Shown piece by piece: positions 16,143 to 29,594 of a stretch of DNA of 64,000 nucleotides. The stretch comes from Octopus vulgaris (taxonomy: Eukaryota). Position 1 is the first letter of the stretch; the number at the start of each line of letters is the position of its first letter. Both the position numbers and the translations under genes were made by a program. The notes under the pieces are model-generated. The model was given only the letters and a program-made list of their open reading frames with translations, was not told where the DNA came from and did no database searches. The stretch lies in assembly GCA_951406725.2 (NCBI GenBank), contig OX597814.1:64294001-64358000 (forward strand), read 5' to 3'.

Positions 16143-16331
16143 AAAAGCAATTATCTCCAATACTTCATGAGTATAGCCTCACCCACTAAGATGTTTGGAG
16201 AACTCATATGTATTTTAGCTGATGAGTACGGGACACTTTTATCTGCTGCAATTTTTGCAACTTTTAATAAAGCCTGTCTTTGTATGAAACAATTGTACTA
16301 AAAACTAATCCATTCTTGTTGCTTCTTTCTC

Positions 16332-16365
<34 letters not shown>

Positions 16366-16434
16366 GTCGATATATATATACATACATACATACATACATA
16401 CATACATACATACATACATACATACATACATACA

Positions 16435-16469
<35 letters not shown>

Positions 16470-16471
<2 letters not shown>

Positions 16472-17052
16472 AAGTTTTGTTTGTGGTCTTTAACAAAAAA
16501 ACGAGATTGCCTGGGATTCAACGGTTCTGTCTTCATCTGTAATCCATAGGATTCCATAATTCCTTTAGCTTTTAGGTTAGCCTGCCTGAGAGCATTCATA
16601 CCAGTGATCTTGTAGTTTGTATGGATCTCCTTTACCAGCAATTCCAAATAGTGGCTCTTGGTAAGCTTATAGAGGTCTCCAGTTTTATCAGATTGAACAA
16701 GGATGCAATCTATGCTATTGATTTCCTTAGAGATGTTGTGAAGATATCTAAGATGTTTGTTTCTGAGGGGTGAACGGTGAAATTTTATATTCTTCGCGAA
16801 GGACCACAGATCATCCTCGAATTGCTTCAATCTAGGGTTGGGTGGAGGGCTGCCCTTCGATTTAAATAAATTTTTATACTCAGAAGAAATATCATCACTA
16901 GTCTGTTGTAAGTCCTTATTGTCGAAGAAGAAGGTGAGCCATCTGATGCGGTTGATAAATGCATTGGTCTTATTGATGAGTTCCTTAAGGAAAGAATTCT
17001 TTGGGGGAATAGGAATATCCTTAAGCGAAGCGTTGATATTAAACAACTCCAT
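16470..17052 (-). pseudogene. Penelope-like element ORF, N-terminal part (inverted relative to the RT core)
   Basis: MELFNINASLKDIPIPP..FINRIRW..SDKTGDLY..KDHKQNF; open frame running into a microsatellite. Confidence 0.85.
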
Positions 17053-17254
17053 TTGCGGTAACGGTTATATTATCTTATATTATAAGATAATCTGTTGATG
17101 TATATGTAAATGGATGAATGAATGAATTATCCTTTGTTTACCGTTAACATGGAAAATTCAATAAACAGTTACCAAGGTATCAAAATTCACGCAAGTAACA
17201 AGGAAGTAGCGACCTATTCAAAGGTAGAAACTCCGAGTTAATGTGCAGTATATA

Positions 17255-18030
17255 TATCTGTCCTTCCAGCTCAGACATCGGTATACTTAGTAAATACATC
17301 TTAGATAAGTATATCCCTACATTAATCAATAAATTAAAACTTTGCTTATGGTCTAATTCTTTTCAAGTTGTAGATTGGTTTACTGCTATTACTAATAAAG
17401 TTAACACTAAATTTATTCAGTTTGACATATCTAGCTTTTATTCATCATCAACCCTATTATACTCAATAAGGCACACTGGCATGCACACAATAAAGCAGGT
17501 CTCTCTAGAGAGGAAATTAATGTGGTACTGGCTGTTAGAAAATCAATCATTAAGTTCGATAACAAGTTGTGGGTCCGGAAGGATACTCCCAATGCGTTCG
17601 ATGTCGTAATGGGAAGTTCAGATTCCGTCAAATTGCGGATTTAGTCGGCATATATATACTTCATGAAATGGCCGACCAGTTCCCAGACATCTGTGGAGGT
17701 CTATATCGAGATGATTGCTTGCTTTACCTCCAAAACATTTCCAATCAAAAAATACAGAAGGTTAAGAATAGATTAGTTAGGTTTTTTCGTAGAATGGGCT
17801 TTCACATCGTTTTTGACGATGAGTGAACTAAAGCTAACTTCTTAGATAATACTCTTAATTTGCAAAGTAACTCATACTTCCCATACCACAAACCTTCCAC
17901 TAACCTCAAATATATTAGTCTTTCCAGTAATCACGCTAAGGCAATTACTAAGAATTTAGTTTAAAATATTCCAGTTAGATTGTCTAAACTATCCGCCAAT
18001 GTTGACATTTTTAACGATAAGGCAGAATAA
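17255..18030 (+). pseudogene. Penelope-like reverse transcriptase core, frameshifted
   Basis: FIQFDISSFYS, FDVVMGS, GGLYRDDCL (YRDD), NFLDITLNL, YHKP, SNH motifs. Confidence 0.9.
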
Positions 18031-18108
18031 AACCAATGTTGTCTTCGAAACATATATCGAAAGTAAAAGAATTTGAAAAACATCTGCGTTCAACTCCATT
18101 TATTTACT

Positions 18109-18195
<87 letters not shown>

Positions 18196-19043
18196 TGCCC
18201 ACATGTGACAAAATTTTTGTTACGTTTTTGGTCCCAACCAAGAATACAGATAGAACTTGCTTTCTATATTATGTCCCAAAAAGTTTTTTATCTCATTATA
18301 CCTTTTATTTTTTCATATATTTTTAGATTTTTACACATAATAATTTTTTCTGTACTCTTCCATTATGCATTTTTTCCTGTGCCTATATAGATGTGTATAT
18401 AGATTCATTTATACACGTGTGCGAATATGTATGTATAGGCGGGTGTGTATGGTATATAGATGTGTGCGTGTGTGCAGGCATAAGAATACATATATATAGA
18501 CGTTTTTACTTAGTATTTTTATAATTTTTTCGGTTTTTTGGGGTACGTATGTATAATCCTTTTTTTGTGTATGCGTGTGTGTGTATGCGTATATAAACAT
18601 GTACGGGTATGTACATATATGGGCGTGTGTGTGTATGCGTGCATAAGGGCATGTCTGTATATGAACGTGGTTTTTACGCTTTGTATATTTCCTAATGTTT
18701 TTTCTGTATTGTTGTTTTTTCTGTATTGTTACCTTTAAACCATGTTTTTTCTTGTGCTTGTGCGTATATAGACGTATGTATGAACTTTTACGGTACGCGT
18801 GTATGTGTATGAGTTTGTATATATATGCGTATACATTTGGCGAAAAATGCGAGTGAAGATGTGTACGTTTTCGTAGTGACGTATACGTACGCACGTGGGT
18901 GCGCGAGCGCACATGTGAGCGTATGACTAGCCATACTTACGTGTTTTCTATGAACTTTTAATCTTAATTTATATAAGTAGCGGAATTATAACACAGTAAT
19001 TTCCCTTTATATAACGGTATTTTTTCATAGTGTTTTTCAGATG

Positions 19044-19110
19044 GCCAGATGACCGAAGAGATGATGTGGATTTCCACTTCGGTATCCGAAACTAAGAGTT
19101 TTATCTTGGC
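19044..19110 (+). ncRNA. Type I hammerhead ribozyme-like motif (core CCGAAGA, a U4C variant)
   Basis: Stem I gccagatga/ttatc(t)tggc; CCGAAGA 19053-59; stem II gat../..tatcc; GAAA 19088-91; stem III ct/ag; GUU site. Confidence 0.55.
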
Positions 19111-19139
19111 TATTGAATAATTATCACATATTAATTTAC

Positions 19140-19176
<37 letters not shown>

Positions 19177-19939
19177 TCTGTCGAACCTTGTCTGGAGGCT
19201 AAAACAGAATGGAGTGGAATACACATCCCACTGGTACATTATAAAAACGCTGCACCCTATAACGGGACTTCACGAATATACAACATATGCGTTGAAGAAA
19301 CCCAGGAAATAATCACATCCAAGGAAAACGTGATAAATAAACACTCTGAGCTTGTCATGTAAGCAGAGGAACAAAATATCATTCATGGAATTTGAAAAAT
19401 ATATTTTGAAAAAGAAGTAACAAATTATAGAATTGTGAAGGAACCCAAACAAATAAACGAAAATACTAATGTTTAAGATGATACACACTATAACAACGGA
19501 AACAATGAAAAGGTCACCATAAGAAGGGTGGTATTAATTGATTCGGTCAACAAACCCCAATGTATTACAGCTGACCACCTGGTGGGTTCAGAATTAATTG
19601 ATGAGAGTCACGTCTTGAATGAAATAGAACAAAAAGATGTGATACCATGCATAAATCTGCTGAATGAATGACCATCCTTAAAATCCACCACCACCACACA
19701 CACACCTCCATCCCAAAATTACTACCATTCCTTCCTCTACTCCCATCACCTACCTCTCCCTACCAAGTACATACAGAAATCCCCACATAGCTAGATTGGC
19801 CTTCATAGTGGCAAGAAGGGATAAACATTTCTCTGTGATTCGTCCAATAATGTAGTATCACCTGATGAATTGAATTAATGGTGATGATCAACCGGATACC
19901 CACGGATAATACGAACTATACTCTACTAATCCCAAGGAT

Positions 19940-19990
19940 ACCGACTCTGATGTTAAAATCATGTGATTTGTGGAAACGCGCGTAGTGGTC
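19940..19990 (+). ncRNA. Degenerate minimal type I hammerhead
   Basis: CTGATGT 19947-53, aaatc/gattt stem, GAAA-CGCGCG-TA (palindromic stem III typical of Penelope hammerheads). Confidence 0.5.
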
Positions 19991-20089
19991 TAGGAATAGA
20001 AATAATGATCGTGAGTGTAACACCCTAAACCAAAATCGCGCTAGTGCATATTTGAGGAATAACGACAAATGAATTTATATTAGATAATA

Positions 20090-20872
20090 TCTTTATATAT
20101 AAAAGTGAGGTTGTGTGCAGTCTGTCTCCTACGATTTAGATTCCTAACTACTCCCACATTTTGCGGTGCAGTTTAACCAAAACCGGGTATCTTATAGTCG
20201 TGATTCATATGGAGCCCTTCTGGGTATTAGCGCGCGTCTACGATGAGTCTACGATTTAAAAAAAAATTACCATAAATTTTTCCCATTTTTAATGCATTTT
20301 TGGCATATATTAGGGAAGTAACTCTCTAAAAATGCATTATTAAATCTCAGAACGTAAAAAGCTACAGTAACACCTCCCACTTTGTGGTTAGTCATATTGA
20401 GATGGCTATTATACTTTACATCTCTAAAAATGCTTAGGCGCAGGAGTGGCTGTGTGGTAAGTAGCTTGCTAACCAACCACATGGTTCCGGGTTCAGTCCC
20501 ACTGCGTGGCATCTTGGGCAAGTGTCTTCTGCTATAGCCCCGGGCCGACCAATGCCTTGTGAGTGGATTTGGTAGACGGAAACATATATATATGTATGTG
20601 TGTGTGTGTATGTTTGTGTGTCTGTGTTTGTCCCTCTAGCATTGCTTGACAACCGATCCTGTGTGTTTACGTCCCCGTAAGTTAGCGGTTCGGCAAAAGA
20701 GACCGATAGAATAAGTACTGGGCTTACAAAGAATAAGTCCCGGGGTCGATTTGCTCGACTAAAGGCGGTGCTCCAGCATGGCCGCAGTAAAATGACTGAA
20801 ACAAGTAAAAGAGTAAAAGAGTATATAGTTATTTCCCTTACAAATCCGAGCAACGCCGGGCGATACTGCTAG
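20090..20872 (+). mobile_element. Non-autonomous Helitron with SINE A (20437-20821) inserted
   Basis: A|TC 5' end, GC-rich subterminal hairpin ccgagcaacgccggg, CTAG|T 3' end; 3' part shared with 52062-52435. Confidence 0.85.
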
Positions 20873-21328
20873 TACAATATAAATTCTTTCTTCATTGTAA
20901 TTATCTTCGCTTCGTAGGCCAATCGCTTGATGGCAAGAAATATTCTTAAGAATGAAGAAATCTTCAGGATCAGTACACCATGAGGCGGTCAGTCTTCTGA
21001 TACTCGGACCGTTTATTTTTTTACCATAATTGCATGTTAGTTTTAGAGAATCCTTGATTCTGACGATTATCTTTCCTTTTCATTTCGTGTTAGTACCAAT
21101 TGGCAATAGATTAGACGTTTTCTTTTTTTTCTGCTGATGACTATAATTGTGCTTCTAATTAGAGCTGGTTGATTGATGAAGTTCTTATGAATATAGAATT
21201 TTTTTTTCACTTTCTGTGATGGTAGTATTTGTTTGTCATGAGATCTATAGTGACATCCAGGAGGAGGAGATTAATTTAGTGGTAACATTAACACATAAAC
21301 CGAAATATTTAACGCTGCTTATAAGACA

Positions 21329-22563
21329 CGGGGGTTGGACAAAATAATGGAAACACCTGGCATCATATCATCATAATTTTGAAATATCTATAAAATAGTC
21401 AAATGATTGTTTATTTTTATGGGTTTTTTTATTTATTATTAGTGTTGCTTAATATGTTTTGCTAAAATTACTGTTTCTTTTCGGATATTATCAGAAAACG
21501 GTAATTAAGATTCATTAGAATGACAGATCTATCGAACTTTCAAAGAGGTCAAATTGTTGGTGCTTGTATGACAGGCGCTTGCATAACGAAAGCAGCCGAA
21601 ATGTTTCGTGTATCAAGAATTACTGTCTCGAAAGAAATTACAGCCTTTGCGAAAAAGGGAAAAACCTCGCCGAAACAAAACTCTGGAAGAAAACCAAAAC
21701 TTTCAGATAGAAAACGTCGGACTCTTACGCGAATTGTTAGAAAGGATCACAAAAGTACAGCTCCCAAAATTACTGCAGATCTTAATGACCACCCCGAGAA
21801 CCCAGTTTCCACAAAAAATATTCACCGGCAGCTGCACAAAGCCGGATTTCACGGGAGGGCTGCAATCAGAAAACCACTACTTTCAAAAACAAACGTTGCA
21901 AGGCGTTTACAGTAGAGAAAAAACCTACAGAATTGGTCCCTAGAGCAGTGGAAGAATGTTATTTTCTTGGGCGAGTCATCGTTTACCCTATTTCCGACCA
22001 CCGACCGAGTATACGCGTGGAGACAGCCAAAAGAAGTATTTGACCCAGACTGCCTTCTTCGAACACGGAGGAGGATATGTGATGATCTAGGGTGGGGGCT
22101 ATATCTTGGAAATCCGCCGGCCTAATGGTTTCCCTTAATGGCAGAATTAATATTCAAAACTATTTAAGCATTTTACCTGATCAAATTCATCCTATGGTTG
22201 CGGAAGTGTTTCCGGAGGGAAACGCAATCTTTCAGTATGATAATGCAACAATTCACACAGCGAAAGTTGTTACTGAATGGCACGAGGAACATTCTAGTGA
22301 AGTTGAACATCTTATCTGGCCACCACAGTCCCTAGATCTCAATATCATTGAACATTTATGGTGCATTTTAGAAAAACAAATAAGGAGTCGATATCCTCCA
22401 CCATCATCACTCCTGTAAATTCCTTTGGAAGCAATTCAGACTTTGTACGAGTCTATACCGCGTAGAATTCAAACTGTAATTACTGCCAAAGGCGCTCCTG
22501 CCCTATATTAAAATTAATTTGTTTGAAATTTTTAGCTGTTTCCATTATTTTGTCCAACCCCTG
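21329..22563 (+). mobile_element. Tc1-like transposon with disrupted DD34E transposase (about 21520-22511)
   Basis: TIR ggggttggacaaaataatggaaaca at both ends, TA on the right; MTDLSNFQRGQIVGA, FQYDNATIH, SLDLNIIEHLW. Confidence 0.95.
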
Positions 22564-23699
22564 TACATCTAGGGTGCCCAGGATAAAATAACCTGACACG
22601 ATCAGCTACGTCGTAGCTCTCCATGGATACGTCACCTATTTCCTTTAATACCCAGTCCTAATTAAAATGAAACAGAAGTGGCAGAATGATATCCAGGAGG
22701 TTGGCAATCTCTCGTAAAGGATTTTAATATGGAAATGTAAAAAATCACGATATCAAATAGGATTATGTAATTTGCAGGCTGGTTTGTTCTTGTTGCCACA
22801 GAACTAGTTGATGTCTGTAACATTGGAGTCTTATACAATCAAATTTATGGCACTTCTGATAGAAGAATTAAATGCGTTGACTATTAAAGAAGGCGGGGAG
22901 ATTAGTCTCTTCAATGTTTGTGTTGTATGTGATGTTGATTTTCTTTTATAGTACTTGAACTTGTATGATCACAAAGCCAGCAATATTAGGGGAGAGGATA
23001 AATTGATTATATCAACTTTACTACTCAACTGGTACTTATATATCGACCCCAAAAAGATGAAAAGCAAAATAGACCTTGACAGAATTTGAACTCAGAGCGT
23101 ATAGAACCGGCGCAGTAAAGATATTGTCAGATCACCGCCTTCTTTTGACGAAATAATTTTAAAATGAAACTAACCATGTCTGCTACGAGATTTCCACACC
23201 TAGTTTATTCTATGTTCTGTTTCTAAACTCAGCACTTCAACATTCACTAACTTCAAGTATTATACTTCTGAATGTTCCACCCTATTTTTAGCTAGATTTC
23301 CTTTTCCCTTCTTTATCAAGTTATTTATCCTTGTCTCCCCCTCCTCTAATGCTCACAACATTCTATCTCATTCTTAATCTATCATTTGACTCCATTGTAA
23401 AACTCTCCTCTTCTTATGCACTCCTATTCCATTTTGTCACTTCCTCTTTCTTCATTTTGTCCAATTCCTCGCGTCTATCTTTAACTTACTCTTACTCCGT
23501 CACTTGTGTGTGTGTGTATGTGTGTGTGTGCGTGTATGTGCGTGCGTGGGTGCGTGTGTGTGTGTGTGTGTGTATTCTTTATAATTTGGGTACAAGGCCA
23601 GATATTTATATGTATATATAATATACATACATATATATATGCACACATACATATATACATATACACACACGTGTATGTGTGTATGAATATATATACTCT

Positions 23700-24100
23700 T
23701 TTACTCTTTCACTTTTTTCCATCATTTGACTGCGGTCATGCTGGAGCACCGCCTTTTAGTCGAGCAAATCGACCCCAGGACTTATTCTTTGTAAGCCTAG
23801 TACTTATTCTATCGGTCTCTATTTTGCCGAACCGCTTAGTTAAGGGGACGTAAACACACCAGCATTGGTTGTCAAGCGATGTTGGGGGGACAAACAGACA
23901 CACAAACACACACATACACACACACACACACAAACACAAATATATATACATATATACGACGGGATTCTTTCAGTTCCCGTCTAACAAATTCACTCATAAG
24001 GCTTTGGTCGGCCCGAAGCTATATTAGAAAACACTCGCCCAAGGTGCCACGCAAGTGGTTGGTAAACAAGCTACTCACCAAACAGCCACTCCTGTGCCTG
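23700..24100 (-). mobile_element. SINE family A
   Basis: Reverse complement of 13588-13954. Confidence 0.85.
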
Positions 24101-24545
24101 TGTATATATATATATGCATATATATACATGTACATGTATGTGCGTGTGTATGTGTATATACGTGTCTGTATGGGTGCATCTATGTATATGTGTAAACATG
24201 TTATACATAACTAATTGATTGTTTGATGAAACATTCGGTTAATCAATCAGTCATTTGTGTTTGCTAAAATCTTTTCATCGCCATCCCCAACCTCTTCAGT
24301 GACATGATCACTCTACCACGGTTGAGCTTTAGAATGTTGGTGTTGAACTTTAATATAGAAGACAGTGTCCGTTCATGCTCCCGATATCGCTCCCACACCA
24401 GCATCCTTCATACACTAGTCAGCATCTTCTGTGGTAAGGCAAAACTCTATTATGATATTACAATACTTATACCGAGTATCCTTATCATTGTATCAGTTTC
24501 AGTCATTAGACTTCAGCCATGCTGAGGCATCGCCTAATGAATTTT

Positions 24546-24846
24546 AAATTGGTAGGATGGGGTTGACATAAACTCTTTTATTATTATCCGTTAAAGGGAC
24601 CTACAATAGAAAATATAGGGCGCTACAATGAGGTCTAGATGGGCATTAGGAGTACAGAAGGTAAAAATAGATATAATCAAAGTATTATTAATACATATTA
24701 TAATATATAGATTTTGCTATACTGTAATTATATCTATTTTCCCCTTTGTACTCCTAATAACCATCCAGATTTCCTTGTAACGTCCTATATTTTCTATAAT
24801 ACTGATAATAATAAAACAGTTTATATTACCCCCACCCTACCAATTT
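24546..24846. mobile_element. About 300-bp foldback/MITE-like imperfect palindrome
   Basis: aaattggtagg/cctaccaattt, atagaaaatatagg/cctatattttctat, ttaggagtaca/tgtactcctaa, aaaatagatataat/attatatctatttt. Confidence 0.8.
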
Positions 24847-25379
24847 TTCTAGGCATTTACCACTATCTAAATGACTTTCTCTGAGATTTTTTTATGTGGT
24901 CAAGTGAATCTATGGCCATAGAGAATTAGGGTTTGGAAGAATATTTAACAATAGTAATTTATGACCAGCAACTAGAATTTAACTGTCAACTCCTAGTGTC
25001 TTGATATTACCTGCATTAGATCTTTTAGTGGTGATACGAGGATAGATAAAAATTGTAGCTAAATTACCACTGTCATGACCCTCATTGCGTCTCCACATCT
25101 GCCATGTTGTTTCTCTTTAAGCTTATTCTGCAACATTAGTAGAAGCATGGAATTCTTTCCATCTCTAGCTCTGATAACATATTTGCTAAAAATTATAATT
25201 GAATATCCTGACTATTGGAAATTTGTATTTTGCAACTGAAGATGGCGCTGCATTTCAAATTGAAGTTAAGCTTGCGTTGTTCAATTAAATGGGACCGCCT
25301 GAAACGGCTGTATTTCATTAATACCTTGACATCATTGTTATTTATTTGCTATATATATGTATGTGTATAGATACATATA

Positions 25380-25780
25380 TAAGGTAGCGAATATTCTTAG
25401 AAATATCACCACCAGTGGCCTAGCATGTATAAATAGTCAATAGACAACATATTTTCAATATAAAATAGTGTACATTTAAACACAAAAGAAAACTACCTTT
25501 AACGGGTAATTTTTACACGCTAGAAGAAGCAGTGCAAACGACCAAAACCACATATAATAGCAATTTTCAAAGGGAATGAAAAATAAAAACTTTTACCATG
25601 TTATTTTTTGCGGTTACAACTAGGTTTCAAATTTCTTTAGCAAATAAAATAAATTGCTAGGCGAATTCTCATCAGTAACCGTATCTTCAGAGACAAATAA
25701 CACGTGTTTCATCATTATATGTTATAAATTTTCAAAATTCAGCGTGCAAGCGGCATTTCTCGACTTGCGATTAAAAAAAA
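25380..25780 (-). mobile_element. Penelope pLTR-like repeat with a type I hammerhead at 25611-25681; related copies at about 32800-33080 (+) and 44330-44478 (-)
   Basis: Minus strand cggtta-CTGATGA-gaatt..tagcaa/ttgcta..aattt-GAAA-cctag-tt-gtaaccg; cgcctagcaa.ttattttatttgctaa recurs at about 32824. Confidence 0.6.
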
Positions 25781-25794
25781 TTGATTCTGTACAG

Positions 25795-26396
25795 AATGTT
25801 CTTCTCAATGGTTGGACCAAAATGAAGCACAGAAAACCTTCCATAAATCCGAGCTCTTCAAAAAGAAGGTTATGGTGACTGTTTGGTGGTGTACTATTGG
25901 ACTCATCCACTATAACTTCTTAAAACACGAAAAAACTATTACTACAGAAACATATTGCGATGAAATTGTCAAAATAAACGAAATCTGCTAACCCTCAGTC
26001 CCAGACTGATCAACAGAAGTGGGCCAGTCATTCTTCATGACAATACTCGATCACACGTTTCACTAATGACGCTCCAGAAGTTGAGGGAACTTGGCTACGA
26101 GATTCTTCCCCACCCAGCTTATTCCTCAGACTTTTCTCCTACTCTCTACCACCTTTTCAAGTACCTTGATGGTTTCCTGCGAGAGAAGGACATCAAAAAT
26201 CAAACCGATGCTGAAAGTGCACTCATCAGCTCCAGAACTCCAGATTTTTATGTTACCAGAATAAACAAATTTGTTACTCGTTGGTAAAAATGTATTGATT
26301 GTAATGGTACTTTGATGAATAAAATTTCCAGTGTTGAAATATATTATGATGAATTTTATGTTTCAAAACGTTGCTTACTTTTTACTCAGCCTGATA
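25795..26396 (+). mobile_element. mariner (DD34D) transposase 3' half relic
   Basis: KKVMVTVWW, ILHDNTRSH, LPHPAYSSDFSPTLYHLF. Confidence 0.9.
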
Positions 26397-26617
26397 TTTA
26401 TTCTTTTTCTTGAAAAGTTTTTTGTCGAATGAATGAACTCCAAAATTTGTTTTGTTTTTTAAATCTAGTACTTATTCTATCGGTCTCTTTTTCCGAGCAG
26501 CCAAGCTGAGGGAACGTAAAGAAACCAACACTGGTTGTCAAGCGCTTGTGTTTCTGTAAATGCCTGTCAGTCAGTCCAATTTTATGGACGTGTATATATA
26601 TATATATATATGTGTGT

Positions 26618-26670
<53 letters not shown>

Positions 26671-26883
26671 CATGAATGTATGTATATACGATCACACACA
26701 GGCACAGCTACAGAGATGCAAATATACATGCGTACATGAGTATGAAAATGTATCTGTTACATATATATATATATATGATGTAACAAAAACGCAATAAAGG
26801 ACAATAAAACATTCGGACAGATAGACGATACAATGGCGAACAGGAGAAACAACAATTAGAAGGAGAGGCAAAAAAACCCAGCT

Positions 26884-27026
26884 CATTCGTGGCCTTCTTT
26901 CCTCAGACAAGTTACCAGAAGTCCTGACTGTTTCGGGCAGTTACACTTGAGACAGTTCGATCTGGTTGCCCCCAAAAAAGTCTAAGCTAAGAGCATTAGA
27001 TTTTTTTGTAAGAAAGCTAACGAATA
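26884..27026 (-). ncRNA. Permuted hammerhead-like RNA, copy B
   Basis: Minus strand: gggca-accaga..ACTG-TC-TCAAGT..tgccc-GAAA-CAGT..tctggt-a-ACTTGT-CTGAGGA. Confidence 0.65.
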
Positions 27027-27112
27027 TGTACGGCAACAAAGACAAAAAATGGAGAACATGATACACAATTACAAATATAAACAAGAAGAATATAACAGCA
27101 AGTGTTATTATT

Positions 27113-27271
<159 letters not shown>

Positions 27272-29509
27272 CCAGAAATACAGACAGACAGACAGACACA
27301 GAGGTACATACATACATTTGCTAATCTATATTTTCCCTAATGCCTCTGCGTCTTATGTCTCTGTCTAGCTCTCTCTCCCTCTCTCGCTCCCTTCCTCGTT
27401 GTCTGTTTTTTATATTCATTCTCCTCTTTAAATATCTTTTGTTTCAGTCCACATGGGTCATTGTCCCTTTTTCCTGTTCACCAAAAACGCCCTGTTCAAC
27501 CTATTTTCCTGTTCCACTTCTCATATTAATCTCTAATTCATCTTATATTACTTTTCGTTTTTTTATATTTTTTCTTCTCTTCGTCCTTCTTCAAAAGCGT
27601 ATCCGTTTCCGTGAATGGTCCACTTTGCTTATAATTCTGACATAGTGTTACATTGAGACAAAACTGAAGTGTTCTTGCCAAGCAGGGTTCCTCTTAATGC
27701 AAAGAGGCAGCTTCTTGAGCTGAACAGGGAATCACTATGCGGGCACTAAACTGCAAGAAATAACAGCCAGCCAGTTAAATCTCCATCAAATCAAACTCTA
27801 TTATCTTAAAAATGAAAACAGGGATGTAGTCCTAGCTACACTTCACGTTAAAAAAAAATATGATAGTATCACATTTTGGGCGATTTTAGTAACATACCTG
27901 CACCAGAGTCAAACAGCAAGCAACATGTGAAGTACTTACATGTTTTTTGCCTCATATCATGACCTCAATGTTTACATTGAAAAGCTACAGGAAAACACCA
28001 CGAAAACCTACGGTTATTAGGAGTGTGGAAATGCATATAACACACGTATGTACACTGATATATTCAGACTAGTGTACTAATGTCCTCATATTTACTGTTA
28101 TAATCACAACTTTCGGACACTGTACTCTCGGCCCTTTTTCATGTAGAGTTATTTTTATTATGTTGCTCATCTTAAGGATATTTTCCTGCTTATTACTCTA
28201 CTTGTGGTGTTGCTTGCTTGACCAGCTTATGCATATATTGTTTGACTGACTCAAGAATTGAACCTACTAGTGAAACTACTGCACCTAACACTTCAATGGC
28301 TATGTTATGACAATCAATACCTATGTTCCCTCTCTTATTCTTCAAAGGACAATTACGTAATTACAATGAGGAACTTTAATCACAACTTCTTATGGTCGTA
28401 GGAGTAAAATTCAATATGTTACAGTTATGCTCTTCTTAACCGCATACATTAATAACTGTAGGATAGGGTAAGATCGAATGATTTACAGATACACTTCATA
28501 ATTACGCGGCTCAGAGTTCGAAAGTACTATCTGAAACTTGGCTTATCTCTAACTATGAAAGTAGGTAAACTGAAAATACTTGGAAGCTAATTTAATCAAC
28601 TACAACAGTTATTAAAAGAGCCAACCATGTCAAATATTGTGTCATGCTGATCCTTGCTGAGGATTACGTTAAGAGCAAGCATGTGTATCAGTAGAATACT
28701 GAAGAACTTGGACACAAAGTAACCGAATAATTTAAGTATACTTCATAATTAGGAGATGCCCTATTTAATTTCATAGCGCAGCATCTGGAGGAAATATATT
28801 TTACTTTAACCTTGAGTTGATTCAAACCGTGTGAGAGAAATTAGGTAGATGGAAACTACGTTGAAGCCTGTTAGATGGTTTGTACTTGTAATTCAAAGCT
28901 CCAGCTTTGTCATACTATGTTACCCGCATTAAGTTAAGTGTAAACAAGAATGTGCTGAGTTCAATCACTTAAACGCTAATTCGTTGTGCAGGTAATTCAG
29001 TTTATCGAACAAGTTGCTACTTAACTGGATTATTTAAACTCATTTTTTATAATTCAGTCTGTAAATATAGTTCTGTTGACCCAACATTTGGAACCTACAT
29101 TATTCACATTACCAACATTTCGTCGTAACTGACAGATTCACTTTTAACAACTGCAACGAACGAAAAATAAATAAACACTGCAAAACAAAATCAAAATTGA
29201 TCTATTTGCAAGTTCATACTCAGCTTCAGAGTGCTCAAATCCTTTATTAGCCTCTTCCTCCTGTACAATATAAATGCTCATATTTTTCTCTACCTTATAT
29301 GGATAATCTCTCATTTAACTTTCAGGTACATTGTATTGATGACATTTATGTAATTACAGTTGAAACTCGACTAATGTGTGAGCATTTACAACAATATCAG
29401 AGTGGCAACCATAGATAATTCAAGTTCAAATCCTGCCTTGTTTGATGCTTTCCCGATCATATTTTCTGGTTTTCGTACAAGAATCATTTGAGAAACACAC
29501 ACACACACA

Positions 29510-29594
<85 letters not shown>

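Noticed and set aside
21134-21140. Isolated CTGATGA heptamers (also near 14855, 19862, 41250, 52153)
   Set aside because: No matching GAAA, stem III or stem I partners found
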